From positions 1,006,313 through 1,070,312 of the forward strand of contig NZ_NSBT01000037.1 in NCBI RefSeq assembly GCF_002285435.1: DNA of 64,000 nt, given 5' to 3'. The notes below the pieces were generated by a model, which was not told the origin of the DNA, made no database searches, and saw only the letters and a program-made list of their open reading frames with translations. Position numbers and translations under genes: made by a program. Of the stretch, positions 12,297 to 23,517 are shown piece by piece; positions within the stretch are counted from its first letter, which is position 1, and every line of letters begins with the position of its first letter. The DNA is from Actibacterium ureilyticum (GTDB lineage Bacteria; Pseudomonadota; Alphaproteobacteria; Rhodobacterales; Rhodobacteraceae).

Positions 12297-12335
12297 GAAG
12301 GGGGACCGGCTTGCGCCGATCCCCCCTGATATTTC
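12297..12335 (-). terminator. Rho-independent terminator downstream of rpmA
   Basis: The minus strand reads gggggatcggcgcaagccggtccccc followed by ttcttttgttt. Confidence 0.7.
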
Positions 12336-12353
12336 TTTTTCGCGGGTCTCGGC

Positions 12354-12623
12354 TTACTCAGCGGCCTCCGCCACCGGGAGAACCGAAATAAAGGTGCGGC
12401 CTTTCAGGCCCTTGTGGAAGGTCACCGCGCCTTCGACGGTTGCGAAGATGGTGTGATCCTTGCCCTGGCCCACGCCTTCACCCGGCCACCACTTATTGCC
12501 GCGCTGACGCACGATGATGTTGCCGGGGATGACGGCCTGGCCGCCGAATTTCTTTACACCAAGGCGGCGACCGGCTGAGTCGCGGCCGTTACGGGATGAA
12601 CCGCCTGCTTTCTTGTGTGCCAT
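12354..12623 (-). CDS. rpmA: 50S ribosomal protein L27
   Basis: 89 aa with canonical L27 sequence ([16 protein letters not shown]...). Confidence 0.95.
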   Translation of the reverse strand: MAHKKAGGSSRNGRDSAGRRLGVKKFGGQAVIPGNIIVRQRGNKWWPGEGVGQGKDHTIFATVEGAVTFHKGLKGRTFISVLPVAEAAE

Positions 12624-12635
12624 TCCAGTCTCTCC

Positions 12636-13286
12636 TTAGCCTTTGGCCAGCTCTTTGGCCTGATCCACCCAGCCCTCACGCTCGATCCGGCCTTTGAACG
12701 ACAGTTTCTCGTCGAACTCGGCGATATCGGCTTCGGTCCAGGCAGCGATCTGTGCGAACGTGGTCACGCCAGCAGCCACCAGTTTCTTTTCCAGCGCCGG
12801 GCCCACGCCCGACAGTTTCTTCAGGTCGTCCGCGCCAGCATCCGCCTTGGGCGATTCGGCCTTGGCTTCGGCTTTCTTCGGGGCGGCCTTCTTCGGCGCT
12901 GCCTTGGGTGCCGGGGCCGCGGCGGCAACGGCCACGGCCGATGCGGCACCAACGGCGGCCTTCACGCCCGACTTGTCAGCACCCTTTTCCAGGATGTCGG
13001 TGATGCGCAGCAGCGTCAGTTGCTGGCGATGGCCACGGGTGCGCTTCGAGCTGTGCTTCCGGCGGCGCTTGACGAAGGTGATGGTCTTCGCGCCCTTGAT
13101 CTGTTCGATCACCTCGGCCTGCACGGCCGCGCCTTCGATGGTCGGCGTGCCGATCTGGTCACCCACCATCAGAATATCGTTGAATTGGACCTTGTCGCCA
13201 GCTTCGGCAGCCAGCTTTTCGACACGCAGTACATCGCCGCTTTGCACTTTGTACTGCTTGCCGCCTGTTTTCAGGACCGCAAACAT
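12636..13286 (-). CDS. rplU: 50S ribosomal protein L21 with a ~110-aa C-terminal Ala/Lys/Pro-rich and HhH-like extension
   Basis: The N-terminal 103 aa are canonical L21 ([14 protein letters not shown]...). The C-terminus carries an [10 protein letters not shown] low-complexity linker and an [15 protein letters not shown]...[15 protein letters not shown] domain. Confidence 0.9.
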   Translation of the reverse strand: MFAVLKTGGKQYKVQSGDVLRVEKLAAEAGDKVQFNDILMVGDQIGTPTIEGAAVQAEVIEQIKGAKTITFVKRRRKHSSKRTRGHRQQLTLLRITDILEKGADKSGVKAAVGAASAVAVAAAAPAPKAAPKKAAPKKAEAKAESPKADAGADDLKKLSGVGPALEKKLVAAGVTTFAQIAAWTEADIAEFDEKLSFKGRIEREGWVDQAKELAKG

Positions 13287-13647
13287 CGGGTCTTTCCTTT
13301 GTCTATCCGCGTCCTGTGGCCCCGCCGGTGCGGTGTTGGATGCATCTGCGCCATCGGACAGCGCGCCCCGTTCAGGGCGTCATTTCACGAATCCACACCG
13401 GACAAACCCGGTGCAGAGGCCGCTATATCCCGAAAGATCGCCCGCAAGTCAACCCTGAATAGCCGCCGCGCCCGCCGCTCACATTGCCGTGACCGACAGG
13501 ATTATCCCCGCCCCCTTGGCGTTGATCCCCCTGTGCGGGCGCGATCGCTCTGCCCGCGCTCAATGCTCCTCAATCCGCTTCGGTCCCGGGCCACCGGGTC
13601 CGAAGCAATCCCTTTTGCAACCCCTTACCCCCCTCAGGACAAGATCC

Positions 13648-14415
13648 ATGCCCCATTCCCCCCGTTTCGCACCCGCGCTGGCCATCGGCGCGTTCCTGCT
13701 GGCCGCCGCCAGCCCTGCCGCCGCCGATCTGGCGCTGTTCGGCCCCGGCGGTCCCGCCCCCGCGATGAAAGAGGCCGCCGCCGCATTCACCGCCGAAACC
13801 GGCATCCCCGTCAGCGTCACCGCCGGCCCGGCGGGCAAGTGGATGTCCGACGCGCAGATGCAGGCCGACGCGATCTTTACCGGCTCGCAGAACATGATGG
13901 ACGATTTCGTCGTGGCCCATGGCGCCACCCTGCCCGAGACAATCACGCCGCTGTTCCTGCGCCCCTCGGCCATTCTGGTGCGCAAGGGCAATCCCGACGG
14001 CATCAGCGGCCTGCGCGACCTGATCGAGCGTGACCTGAAATTCATGGTGGTCGATGGCGCGGGCCAGGTCGGCCTGTGGGAGGACATGGTCGGCCGCACC
14101 CGCAACATCGCCGACATGGCCGCCTTTCGCGGCAGCATCGACCATCTGGCGCCCAACAGCGGCGCGGCGCGCAAGCTGTGGACCGAAGATGACAGCTTTC
14201 AGGCCTGGCTGATCTGGAACCACTGGCAGATCGACAACCCCGATATCGCCGACATGGTTGCGGTCGAACCCGATCTGGCGGTCTATCGCGACACCTCGAT
14301 CGTCACGACGCAGAAAGGGGCCGAAAACCCCGATCTGGCGGCGTTTCTGGCGTATCTGGACAGCGATGCGGGCGTGGCGATCTTTGCCGCCCATGGCTGG
14401 CAGAAAAGCTTCTGA
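13648..14415 (+). CDS. Periplasmic substrate-binding protein, ModA/WtpA-like PBP2 fold (orphan)
   Basis: Signal peptide MPHSPRFAPALAIGAFLLAAASPAAA followed by a PBP-like domain. No ABC permease or ATPase is adjacent. Confidence 0.55.
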   Translation: MPHSPRFAPALAIGAFLLAAASPAAADLALFGPGGPAPAMKEAAAAFTAETGIPVSVTAGPAGKWMSDAQMQADAIFTGSQNMMDDFVVAHGATLPETITPLFLRPSAILVRKGNPDGISGLRDLIERDLKFMVVDGAGQVGLWEDMVGRTRNIADMAAFRGSIDHLAPNSGAARKLWTEDDSFQAWLIWNHWQIDNPDIADMVAVEPDLAVYRDTSIVTTQKGAENPDLAAFLAYLDSDAGVAIFAAHGWQKSF

Positions 14416-14460
14416 GCCTGCTCCCGTCCCGGCGCGCACCCCGCGCCGGGACCCGGGGGC

Positions 14461-15282
14461 TCAGATATCCTCGCCCACGATCATCTTGGCCGCGGCCAAT
14501 CCAAGCTCGCGCGAGATCCGGCGATACAATACGTCGAATGCCGAAAACAGCGCCCGGTTCAGCGCCTGGCCCTCGGGCGTTTCCGACATGTCGATATAGT
14601 CGGTCAGTTCGGCATCCGACAGCGGCTTATACGCCAGCGCCAGATAGGAATAGAGCCAATCCTGGGTCTCGGCCTCGATCTCGGCCTCCTGCGACCAGAC
14701 ATCGGCCAGGATCTGATCCTCGGTCATCTCGAACGGGAACGCGCCGCCATCGGTCAGGCCGATATAGAATTCATAGTTGGAGTTCAGCGCCCCCGACAGG
14801 TTCAGGTCCACCAGATCGTTGGCATCGATGAACTGCCCCACCAGATCCAGACGCGGATCGGCATCGTCGCGCAGTTCCTGCAGCTTTTCCAAGCTGGCCT
14901 CCTCGGCGCCCGGCTCCAGCAGCGCCCGCCGCGCGGACACTTCCAGATCGGTCACCCGCGCGCCCGGACCGTCCGAGTAATAGGCCACCAGCGGCGCCAG
15001 ATCGACATCGGCCAACGCGGCGCGCATGCCGTCCTGCATGATTTCGTCCATCCGCTCGGTGCTGTAGATCCGCGCCACCATCGCCGCCCAGCGGTCGCCG
15101 CCGCGTTCGGGGAACATCTCGCCCTGGATCTCGTCGCCATAGCTCATCCCCTCTTCGCGCATGATGTCCAGCAGGTCCGCCATGTGCAGCGCCTGGTACA
15201 GGCGGTCGAACTGGGCATCCGATTGCGCCGCAAGACGCAACGGGAAAAGCAGAAGGATGATCAGAAGAAAAGCGCGCGCCAT
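14461..15282 (-). CDS. Hypothetical secreted acidic protein (possibly DUF2059-like)
   Basis: 273 aa with an N-terminal signal peptide MARAFLLIILLLFPLRLAA and a consistent GC3-rich frame. Confidence 0.5.
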   Translation of the reverse strand: MARAFLLIILLLFPLRLAAQSDAQFDRLYQALHMADLLDIMREEGMSYGDEIQGEMFPERGGDRWAAMVARIYSTERMDEIMQDGMRAALADVDLAPLVAYYSDGPGARVTDLEVSARRALLEPGAEEASLEKLQELRDDADPRLDLVGQFIDANDLVDLNLSGALNSNYEFYIGLTDGGAFPFEMTEDQILADVWSQEAEIEAETQDWLYSYLALAYKPLSDAELTDYIDMSETPEGQALNRALFSAFDVLYRRISRELGLAAAKMIVGEDI

Positions 15283-15441
15283 ATCGGTGTCCCATGAAAA
15301 TACCCCCGAAATCTAAGCACAGCACGCGCCGCTGCCAACCCGTTGCACGGCCTCTGCGAAAGAGATTTCCGATCTCGGCGAAAAACCGGTTGCGCTGTTT
15401 GGCGCTTGCCCTTAAATCAGCCGCTCACGGACTACACGTGC

Positions 15442-15531
15442 GGAGAGGTGCCGGAGTGGTCGAACGGGGCGGTCTCGAAAACCGTTGTGGGTGCAAGCCC
15501 ACCCAGGGTTCGAATCCCTGTCTCTCCGCCA
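15442..15531 (+). tRNA. tRNA-Ser (anticodon CGA)
   Basis: Cloverleaf with acceptor GGAGAGG/CCTCTCC, a long variable arm, anticodon loop CTCGAAA, T-loop GGTTCGAATCC and an encoded CCA. Confidence 0.85.
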
Positions 15532-15727
15532 TTATCCCCCCCTAACATCGCAGCCCCGCGCCTTGGGCTCGGGGCTTTCCCCAGCCGACCGCGACGCGCG
15601 CCGCTCTTGTGGCGAAACGCCGCGTTTTGGTGGTGTAACCGCGTCCTGGCGATTTTTCGCGACGGAACCTCACAACTTTGCCGTTAGGGATGCAAAGGCC
15701 AATCGTGCCGGATGTGAGGGTAAGCAG

Positions 15728-16976
15728 ATGGGTTCCGACGACAAAGACATTTCCACAACCATCGGTCTGGGCCGAAAGCGGCGGGTGCCGTGGCTGGCGA
15801 TTGCCGGGGGGCTTGCCGTTGTGGTGGCCGGCGCGGTCTGGTTCTGGATGCAGGATGACGGCGCGGCTGGCACACAATATGTGACACGCCCGGTCGAGCG
15901 GGCGTCGTTCGATGTCACGGTCTCGGCCGTGGGGTCGATCGAGCCCACGGACATGTTCGACATCTCGTCCGAGCTTTCGGGGACCATCGACGACGTTCTG
16001 GTCGATTTCAATGACGAGGTCGCGGTCGGCACGGTGCTGGCGCGTCTGGACACCACGAAGCTGGAAGCCGAACGCGCGGTCAAGCAGGCCTCGGTCGAGA
16101 ATGCGATTGCCGGCGTGGCGATGGCCGAAGCCTCGTTGCAGGAGGCGCAGGAGCTTTACGAGCGCGGATTGGAGTTGAAGGCGCGGGGCGTGGAATCCGA
16201 GACCACCTTCATCGCGCAAGAGGCCGCCTATGTCCGCGCCGCGGCCGAGCTGAAGGCGGCGCAGGCGTCGCAGCGGGTGGCCGAGGCGAACCTGGAATAC
16301 GTCAAGGTCGATCTGGAAAAATCCTGCATCTGCAGCCCGGTGGACGGTGTCGTGCTGGACCGTGCGGTCGAGCCGGGGCAGATCGTCGCCGCCTCGCTTT
16401 CGGCGCCGACGCTGTTTACCGTGGCCGAGGATCTGACGCGGATGGAGCTGCAGGTCTATGTCGACGAGGCCGATATCGGCAAGGTCGCCGTGGGCCAGAA
16501 CGCCACATTCACCGTCGATGCCTATGACGAGCGCAGCTTTCCGGCGGATATCTTCCAGGTGCGTTTCGCCAGCGAGACCGTCGATGGCGTCGTCAGCTAC
16601 AAGGCGATCCTGAGCGTCGACAACTCGGACCTGTCCTTGCGGCCGGGCATGACGGCATCGGCCGATATCGTGGTCGCCGCGGTGCAAGATGCGCTGGTGG
16701 TGCCCAATGCCGCGCTGCGCTATGCCCCCGCGACGCAAGAGGCCGAAACGACCCAGAGCGGATCCCGCAGCGGGCTTGTCGGGATGATCATGCCGGGCCG
16801 GCCCGGGGGCGGTCAGCGGACGGTCGCGACCGAAACGGTGCAAAGCACGGTTCATGTGCTGCGCGGCGGGGTGCCGGTGGCGATCGACGTGCAGGTGGGG
16901 GAAACCGACGGTTCGGTGACGGCGATCGTGACGACCGAACTGGCCGAGGGCGACCTGGTGATCACGGATCAGACCG

Positions 16977-16987
<11 letters not shown>
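15728..16987 (+). CDS. Efflux transporter periplasmic adaptor subunit (HlyD/MacA family)
   Basis: N-terminal TM anchor, coiled-coil and beta-barrel adaptor domains; GAGGG RBS before MGSDDKD. Followed by the ABC ATPase and FtsX permease. Confidence 0.8.
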
Positions 16988-17680
<693 letters not shown>

Positions 17681-17684
<4 letters not shown>

Positions 17685-18892
17685 TGCTTTGGGAAACCAT
17701 CAAACTGGCGGTGCAGTCGATCCTGCGCAACCCGATGCGCAGCTTTCTGACCATCCTGGGCGTGGTGATCGGCGTGGCCGCGGTGATTGCGATGGTAACG
17801 GTTGGCAACGGTTCGTCGGCGCAGGTGACGACCGATGTCGAAAGCCTGGGCGCGAACCTGCTGACATTGCGGCCCGGTCAGGACCGGATGGGACCGGGCA
17901 GCGATCAGGGCGGCGCGGCGCGGCCCTTTGACCTGGACGATATCGACCGCATCCTGGATCAGATCGGCGCCATCTCGGTCGCGGTGCCCACCGGTTCGCA
18001 AACCATTGTCGCCGTGTTCGAGGGCGAGAATTACCAGACCACCGTCACCGGCACCCAGAACGGCTATTTCGAGGCCAAGGACTGGGCGCTGAGCGCCGGG
18101 CGGCTGTTCTCGAGCTCGGAGGAAAGCGGCAAGACCGCCTGCATCATCGGCCAGACCGTGCGCGAGGAGCTGATGGGCAGCGCCGATCCCATCGGCCGCA
18201 AGATCCGGATCGACAACCTGAACTGTACCGTCGTCGGGCTGCTCGAGGCCAAGGGGGCGAACACCTTCGGCCAGGATCAGGACGACACCGTCATCATGCC
18301 GTTCAAGACCTTTGCCCGCCGGATCGCGGGATCGACCGATGTCTCGTCGATCACGCTGTCGGTGCGCGACGGCTATTCCACTGACCGGGCCATCGACGAC
18401 CTGACCAACCTGATGCGCGAGATCCGCCGCATCCAACCCGGCGATGACGACGATTTCTCGATCCGCGACACCGAACAGCTGGCCAACATGCTGGGCAGCG
18501 TCACGTCGGTTCTGACCGGGCTGCTGTCGGCGGTGGCGGCGGTCAGCCTGCTGGTGGGCGGGATCGGGATCATGAACATCATGCTGGTGTCGGTCACCGA
18601 ACGCACCCGTGAAATCGGCATCCGCATGGCGGTGGGCGCACAGGCCAGCCAGGTGCTGCTGCAATTTTTGGTCGAGGCGATTGTCCTGTCGGCCCTGGGC
18701 GGCGTGATCGGCATTGCCCTGGGGCTGGCGATGGGGGCCATCGGCTCATCGATGCTGAACGTGCCCTTCATCCCCGATCCGGGCACCATCGCGCTGGCCT
18801 TCGGGTTTTCGGCGGTGGTGGGCATCGTCTTCGGCTATTTCCCCGCCCGCGCCGCGGCCCGTCTGGACCCGATCGAGGCCCTGCGCCACTAG
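17681..18892 (+). CDS. ABC transporter permease (FtsX/MacB-like)
   Basis: 403 aa with MacB_PCD-like periplasmic domain and FtsX C-terminal 3-TM bundle. Confidence 0.85.
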
Positions 18893-18948
18893 CGCATCGC
18901 ACCCTACCCGGGTTGATGCGGCTTATGGACGCGGGTCTTTGGGGTGGG

Positions 18949-19038
18949 TGGCGGAGACGAAGGGATTCGAACCCTCGAGACGGTTTCCCGCCTACTCCCT
19001 TAGCAGGGGAGCGCCTTCGACCACTCGGCCACGTCTCC
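18949..19038 (-). tRNA. tRNA-Ser (anticodon GCT)
   Basis: Minus-strand cloverleaf with acceptor GGAGACG/CGTCTCC, anticodon loop CTGCTAA, a long variable arm and an encoded CCA. Confidence 0.8.
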
Positions 19039-19054
19039 GCCGACCCGTGTATCG

Positions 19055-19075
19055 GCCCCGTGCGGCGAAAACAAG
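19055..19075. terminator. Hairpin GGCCGAttgTCGGCC flanked by T-rich tracts, likely a bidirectional terminator
   Basis: Perfect 6-bp stem with T-runs on both strands; lies between the end of the secreted-protein gene and the tRNA-Ser. Confidence 0.5.
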
Positions 19076-19102
19076 AGCGAAATTGGCCGATTGTCGGCCC
19101 GT

Positions 19103-20956
19103 TTATTTGTCGAGCCGCAGCGCGTCGATCAGCGAGGGCACGGCCGCGTCGGCACTGGGCAATTCGGCATCCAGCAAAATCGTGCGCTCTGCCGCGGCCT
19201 CGCCGTTGCGACCCGAGAACACCTGGATGCGCACCGGGCGGTGGGTGGCGATCAGTTCCAGATAGTTCTGGTTCACGTTCTGGAAATTTCCGGCCACCAT
19301 TTCGGCCGACAGGCGGAACTCGAAATTACCGTTGTTCTGCGCGGCCTGGGTGAATTGCGCGGCCTCGGCCGGGGTCATCTTCAGTTCGGTCAGGTTCGGA
19401 AAGAACGTGTTGCGCATGTTGAAGCCCAGCTGAAGCGCGTCGAATTGCTGGTATTGTGCGTTCAGTCCCTGCAGCGGCATCACCTTGCGCACGGGATCAT
19501 AGGTGCCGATGCGCAGCGTGCCGCGAAAGCTCATCATCCGCGGCCCCTTGGTTTCGCCCAGCGCGGCGAAGGCCTCGGCGCGGCGGGCGTCGGGGTTGGG
19601 CTGGCCCAGGGCATAGGCATCGGCCAGCGCCTTGGCGGCGGCCTCGTTGCCATTGATTGCGTTGACGGCGCGCACGAAATCCTCGCCGCCCGATATCGGC
19701 TGACCCAGGTAAAGCGCGGCCTTGTCCGCCTGTTGCTGGCGCGCCTTCAGGACCGGGGTGAAATCATACAGCACCTGGCTGAGCCCCTGATCGGCAAAAA
19801 GCGCGATCTGCACCAATTGGGTGTGCATGCCCGGGCGGCTGTTGCCATAGCTTTGCTTGATCGACGGCGGCAGCTCGGGGTCGATCTCGGCGAAGACCGC
19901 CATGTAGAGCCGTGTGTCGTTGCGGCTGCGCAGATAGGCGTCCAGCTGCCGGGCCTGTTCGACGCTGGTCTTCAGCTCGGACGGCAGGACGATCGAATCG
20001 AAGGCATTGCGCAGCGACACCGCGTTCCACTGGGCGCCGGGATGGTTGCGCAGCCCACTGGCATTCAGCGGAAACGCCCCGGTTTCAAAGCTGTATTCGC
20101 CCAGCTGGACCGGCACCGAATGATAGACCTTGATCGGCCCGGTCTGGCGCCGCTGATCCAGCCCCGGTTTCAGCTGGGTGCGGATGCGGTTGGCCAGATC
20201 GCGGCGTTCAAACACCGAAAGCTGCGACAGGTGCTTGCCCGCATAGGGGCCCATCAGCTGCTGATGTTCGGCAGGTGTCAGCATCTGTTCGACCAGCGCC
20301 ATCGCCATCTGGTCGTCGTTCAGCATCTGCGGCCGCTCGGCATAGGCCCGGGCGGCCAGCACCCGCTGCCAGATCCGGTCATTGCCAAGCGCGAAATGCC
20401 CGCGCACCGATGCGACCGAGCCAAAGAGCGGCGTGAATTGTTCGAAACTCAGGCCCGGGGCGACCTTGGGGCGCTCTGGCACCACGGGCTCGGCCGGTTT
20501 GGCGGGCGCCGCGGCTTCGGCGGTCTTGGCGGGGGCCGTCTTGGCCGCGACAGGCTGCGGGGCAACGGCGGGTTCGGTCACGGCGGCAACCGGCGTATCG
20601 GCGGATTTGGGCGCCGGGGTCGCGGGATCCAGGCGCCAGTCCCGGTCGCGCGTCACGTCGAAGCTGAAATCGATGCCGCGAAAGCTGCCCTTTACCGTCA
20701 GCGCGTCGATATCGGGACAGCTTTTGCCCAAGCCCCCGGCCATGCGTGCCACCAGATCGACCACCGCCTTGCGGTCGTCGGAAAACAGCACCACCGCCGG
20801 CCCCTCGAGCGTGAATTCGGGTGGGGATTTGCACGAGATCGCCGAGGGCGCCCAGATCGTGAACCCCGATGCGGAAAGTTCGGTTCTGTCCTTGGCCGCC
20901 ACGGCCGATGCGGCCAGAATACCCGCAGCCGCGATCCGAAAAGTCGTGCAAAACAT
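19103..20956 (-). CDS. Large secreted hypothetical protein (617 aa) with signal peptide, N-terminal domain, Pro/Ala-rich linker and a ~430-aa C-terminal domain
   Basis: ATG at 20956 behind a GGGGAAA RBS, then MFCTTFRIAAAGILAASAVAA signal peptide. A PAPKSADTPVAAVTEPAVAPQPVAAKTAPAKTAEAAAPAKPAEP linker follows. No recognisable catalytic motifs. Confidence 0.7.
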   Translation of the reverse strand: MFCTTFRIAAAGILAASAVAAKDRTELSASGFTIWAPSAISCKSPPEFTLEGPAVVLFSDDRKAVVDLVARMAGGLGKSCPDIDALTVKGSFRGIDFSFDVTRDRDWRLDPATPAPKSADTPVAAVTEPAVAPQPVAAKTAPAKTAEAAAPAKPAEPVVPERPKVAPGLSFEQFTPLFGSVASVRGHFALGNDRIWQRVLAARAYAERPQMLNDDQMAMALVEQMLTPAEHQQLMGPYAGKHLSQLSVFERRDLANRIRTQLKPGLDQRRQTGPIKVYHSVPVQLGEYSFETGAFPLNASGLRNHPGAQWNAVSLRNAFDSIVLPSELKTSVEQARQLDAYLRSRNDTRLYMAVFAEIDPELPPSIKQSYGNSRPGMHTQLVQIALFADQGLSQVLYDFTPVLKARQQQADKAALYLGQPISGGEDFVRAVNAINGNEAAAKALADAYALGQPNPDARRAEAFAALGETKGPRMMSFRGTLRIGTYDPVRKVMPLQGLNAQYQQFDALQLGFNMRNTFFPNLTELKMTPAEAAQFTQAAQNNGNFEFRLSAEMVAGNFQNVNQNYLELIATHRPVRIQVFSGRNGEAAAERTILLDAELPSADAAVPSLIDALRLDK

Positions 20957-21014
20957 CTTGTTTCCCCAAATACCCTGCAAACAGGTTTCAGGGCGGGGCA
21001 GATTCTGTCAAGCG

Positions 21015-22112
21015 TCAGGCATTGAAAAGGAAGTGCATGACATCGCCGTCCTTGACCAGATAGCTCTTGCCTTCGGCGCGCATCTTGCCGGCATCCTTGG
21101 CGCCCTGCTCGCCATTCGCGGCGACATAATCGTCATAGGCCACGGTTTCGGCGCGGATGAAGCCACGTTCGAAATCGCCATGGATGACGCCCGCCGCCTG
21201 CGGTGCCAGCATACCCCGGGTGATGGTCCAGGCGCGTGCCTCTTTCGGGCCGACGGTGAAATAGGTCTGTAGCCCGAGCAGGTCGTATCCGGCGCGGATC
21301 ATGCGATCGAGCCCCGCCTCTTTCAGGCCCAGCTCGTCCAGGAACATTTCGGCCTCGTCGGCGTCCAGCTGGCTGATCTCTTCCTCGATCTTGGCCGAGA
21401 TCACCACATGCGCCGCGCCCTGTTCGGCGGCCATCTTGGCCACGGCCTCGGAATGGGCGTTGCCGGTGGCGGCCTCGTCCTCGGCCACGTTGCAGACGTA
21501 AAGGATCGGCTTGGTGGTCAGCAGTTGCAGCATGTCCCAGGCCTTGCGGTCATCCTCGGCCACATCGACCGTGCGGGCGGGTTTACCGGATTCCAGCACC
21601 GCCTGCGCCTCTTTCAACAGGCGTTCCTGCTGGACGGCCTCCTTGTCGCCGCCGCGCACCTTGCGCACGATGTTCTGCAACCGCTTCTCGATACTTTCCA
21701 TGTCGGCCAGCATCAGCTCGGTCTCGATCACCTCGGCATCCTCGACCGGGTTCACGCGCCCCTCCACATGGGTCACGTCGCCATCCTCAAAGCAGCGCAG
21801 CACATGGGCGATGGCGTCGCATTCGCGGATATTGGCCAGGAACTGGTTGCCCAGCCCCTCGCCCTTGCTGGCGCCCTTCACCAGGCCCGCGATATCGACG
21901 AAGGTCATCCGCGCCGGGATGATCTGCTTCGACCCGGCAATGCCCGCCAGCGTGTCCAGCCGCGCATCCGGCACGGCGACCTCGCCCACATTCGGCTCGA
22001 TCGTGCAGAACGGGAAATTCGCCGCCTGCGCCGCGGCGGTTTTCGTCAATGCGTTGAACAGCGTCGACTTGCCCACATTGGGCAGGCCCACGATACCGGT
22101 CTTGAACCCCAT
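21015..22112 (-). CDS. ychF: Redox-regulated ribosome-binding ATPase YchF
   Basis: GLPNVGKST Walker A, TGS domain, full-length similarity to YchF/Ola1. Confidence 0.9.
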   Translation of the reverse strand: MGFKTGIVGLPNVGKSTLFNALTKTAAAQAANFPFCTIEPNVGEVAVPDARLDTLAGIAGSKQIIPARMTFVDIAGLVKGASKGEGLGNQFLANIRECDAIAHVLRCFEDGDVTHVEGRVNPVEDAEVIETELMLADMESIEKRLQNIVRKVRGGDKEAVQQERLLKEAQAVLESGKPARTVDVAEDDRKAWDMLQLLTTKPILYVCNVAEDEAATGNAHSEAVAKMAAEQGAAHVVISAKIEEEISQLDADEAEMFLDELGLKEAGLDRMIRAGYDLLGLQTYFTVGPKEARAWTITRGMLAPQAAGVIHGDFERGFIRAETVAYDDYVAANGEQGAKDAGKMRAEGKSYLVKDGDVMHFLFNA

Positions 22113-22238
22113 GACGGCGCCCTTTCATTCGATGTCGCGCCGCTTCTACGGTGCGGAACCGGCACGCGCAAGCCGCAGAGGCCGACCGATATGTTACATT
22201 CGCCCAATAGACTGCAACCGACCCTGACGGAGACCCCG

Positions 22239-22649
22239 ATGCCCAGCCCATATATTCACTTTCACGACTGCTGCCGTGCGGCGATGGAATTCTATCGCGA
22301 TGTGTTCGGCGGCACGCTTGAGCTGATGGGATACGACCAGATGCCCGATGCCCCGGACGAAGTCGCAAGCTCGGACAAGGTCATGCATGCCACCCTGTCC
22401 ACGCCACAGGGTCCGATCTTTGCCTCGGACGCCTATCCGGGTCATACCGCGCCGCCGCAGGCGTCGGTGTCGATCTCGTGGGACACCGCCACGGTCGACG
22501 AGGGGCGGTCGATCTTCGACGCGTTGCTGGCGGATGGTGGCGAGGTCACGATGCCCTATACCGAAACCTTCTTCTCCCCCGGCTTCGGCATGGTCAAGGA
22601 CCGTTTCGGCACCCATTGGATGATCATGACCTATCCCGAAGCGGGCTGA
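22239..22649 (+). CDS. VOC/glyoxalase-family protein (PhnB-like)
   Basis: 136 aa at the C-terminus of ORF 21408..22649 ([25 protein letters not shown]...THWMIM). Confidence 0.65.
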   Translation: MPSPYIHFHDCCRAAMEFYRDVFGGTLELMGYDQMPDAPDEVASSDKVMHATLSTPQGPIFASDAYPGHTAPPQASVSISWDTATVDEGRSIFDALLADGGEVTMPYTETFFSPGFGMVKDRFGTHWMIMTYPEAG

Positions 22650-22714
22650 TCCGGCTTGCCCTTTGCGGCGCGCTCTGGCACTTGGTTTTGACGACAGATC
22701 CAGGGAGCGCCCGC

Positions 22715-23506
22715 ATGAGCCGTATCGACGCCAAATTCGCCAAGCTAAAGGCCGAAGGCAAGAAAGCCTTTGTCGCCTATGTCATGGCGGGCGATCCCGA
22801 TTACGATACGTCACTGGAAATCGTGAAAGGGCTGCCCGCCGCCGGTGTCGATGTGATCGAGCTGGGCATGCCGTTCACCGACCCGATGGCCGATGGCCCG
22901 ACAATCCAGCTGGCCGGTCAGCGCGCGCTGGAGGGCGGCCAGACGCTGGACAAGACCCTGCAGATGGTGCGCGAGCTGCGCAAGACCGATCAGGAAACCC
23001 CGGTGGTGATGATGGGCTATTACAACCCGATCTACAGCCGTGGCGTCGACACCTTCCTGGCCCAGGCGCAGGAAGCCGGGATCGACGGCCTGATCGTGGT
23101 CGACCTGCCCCCCGAAGAGGATGAAGAGCTGTGCATCCCCGCGCAAAAGGCCGGGCTGAACTTCATCCGGCTGGCCACGCCCACCACCGATGACAAGCGC
23201 CTGCCCAAGGTGCTGCAGAACACCAGCGGTTTCGTCTATTACGTGTCGATCACCGGCATCACCGGCGCGGCCGAGGCACAGGCCGGTGACGTGGGCCCCG
23301 AGGTCGCGCGCATCAAGTCCCAGACCGATCTGCCGGTGATCGTGGGCTTCGGCATCAAGACGCCCGAGGCCGCCGAACAGATCGCCAGCGTGGCCGATGG
23401 CGCCGTCGTCGGTTCGGCCATCGTGAAGCTGGTGCAGGAAAAGCGCCCGGTGCCCGACATTCTGGCTTACGTCAAATCGCTGGCCGACGGCGCGCATCGC
23501 GCCTGA
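22715..23506 (+). CDS. trpA: Tryptophan synthase alpha chain
   Basis: 263 aa with canonical TrpA motifs ([32 protein letters not shown]), GGGAG RBS. It is not linked to trpB. Confidence 0.9.
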   Translation: MSRIDAKFAKLKAEGKKAFVAYVMAGDPDYDTSLEIVKGLPAAGVDVIELGMPFTDPMADGPTIQLAGQRALEGGQTLDKTLQMVRELRKTDQETPVVMMGYYNPIYSRGVDTFLAQAQEAGIDGLIVVDLPPEEDEELCIPAQKAGLNFIRLATPTTDDKRLPKVLQNTSGFVYYVSITGITGAAEAQAGDVGPEVARIKSQTDLPVIVGFGIKTPEAAEQIASVADGAVVGSAIVKLVQEKRPVPDILAYVKSLADGAHRA

Positions 23507-23517
23507 TCGCGGGCGGT

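Noticed and set aside
19091-21025. 644-aa + strand ORF
   Set aside because: Antisense to the 617-aa secreted protein gene, whose own frame has a signal peptide, RBS and coherent domain structure.
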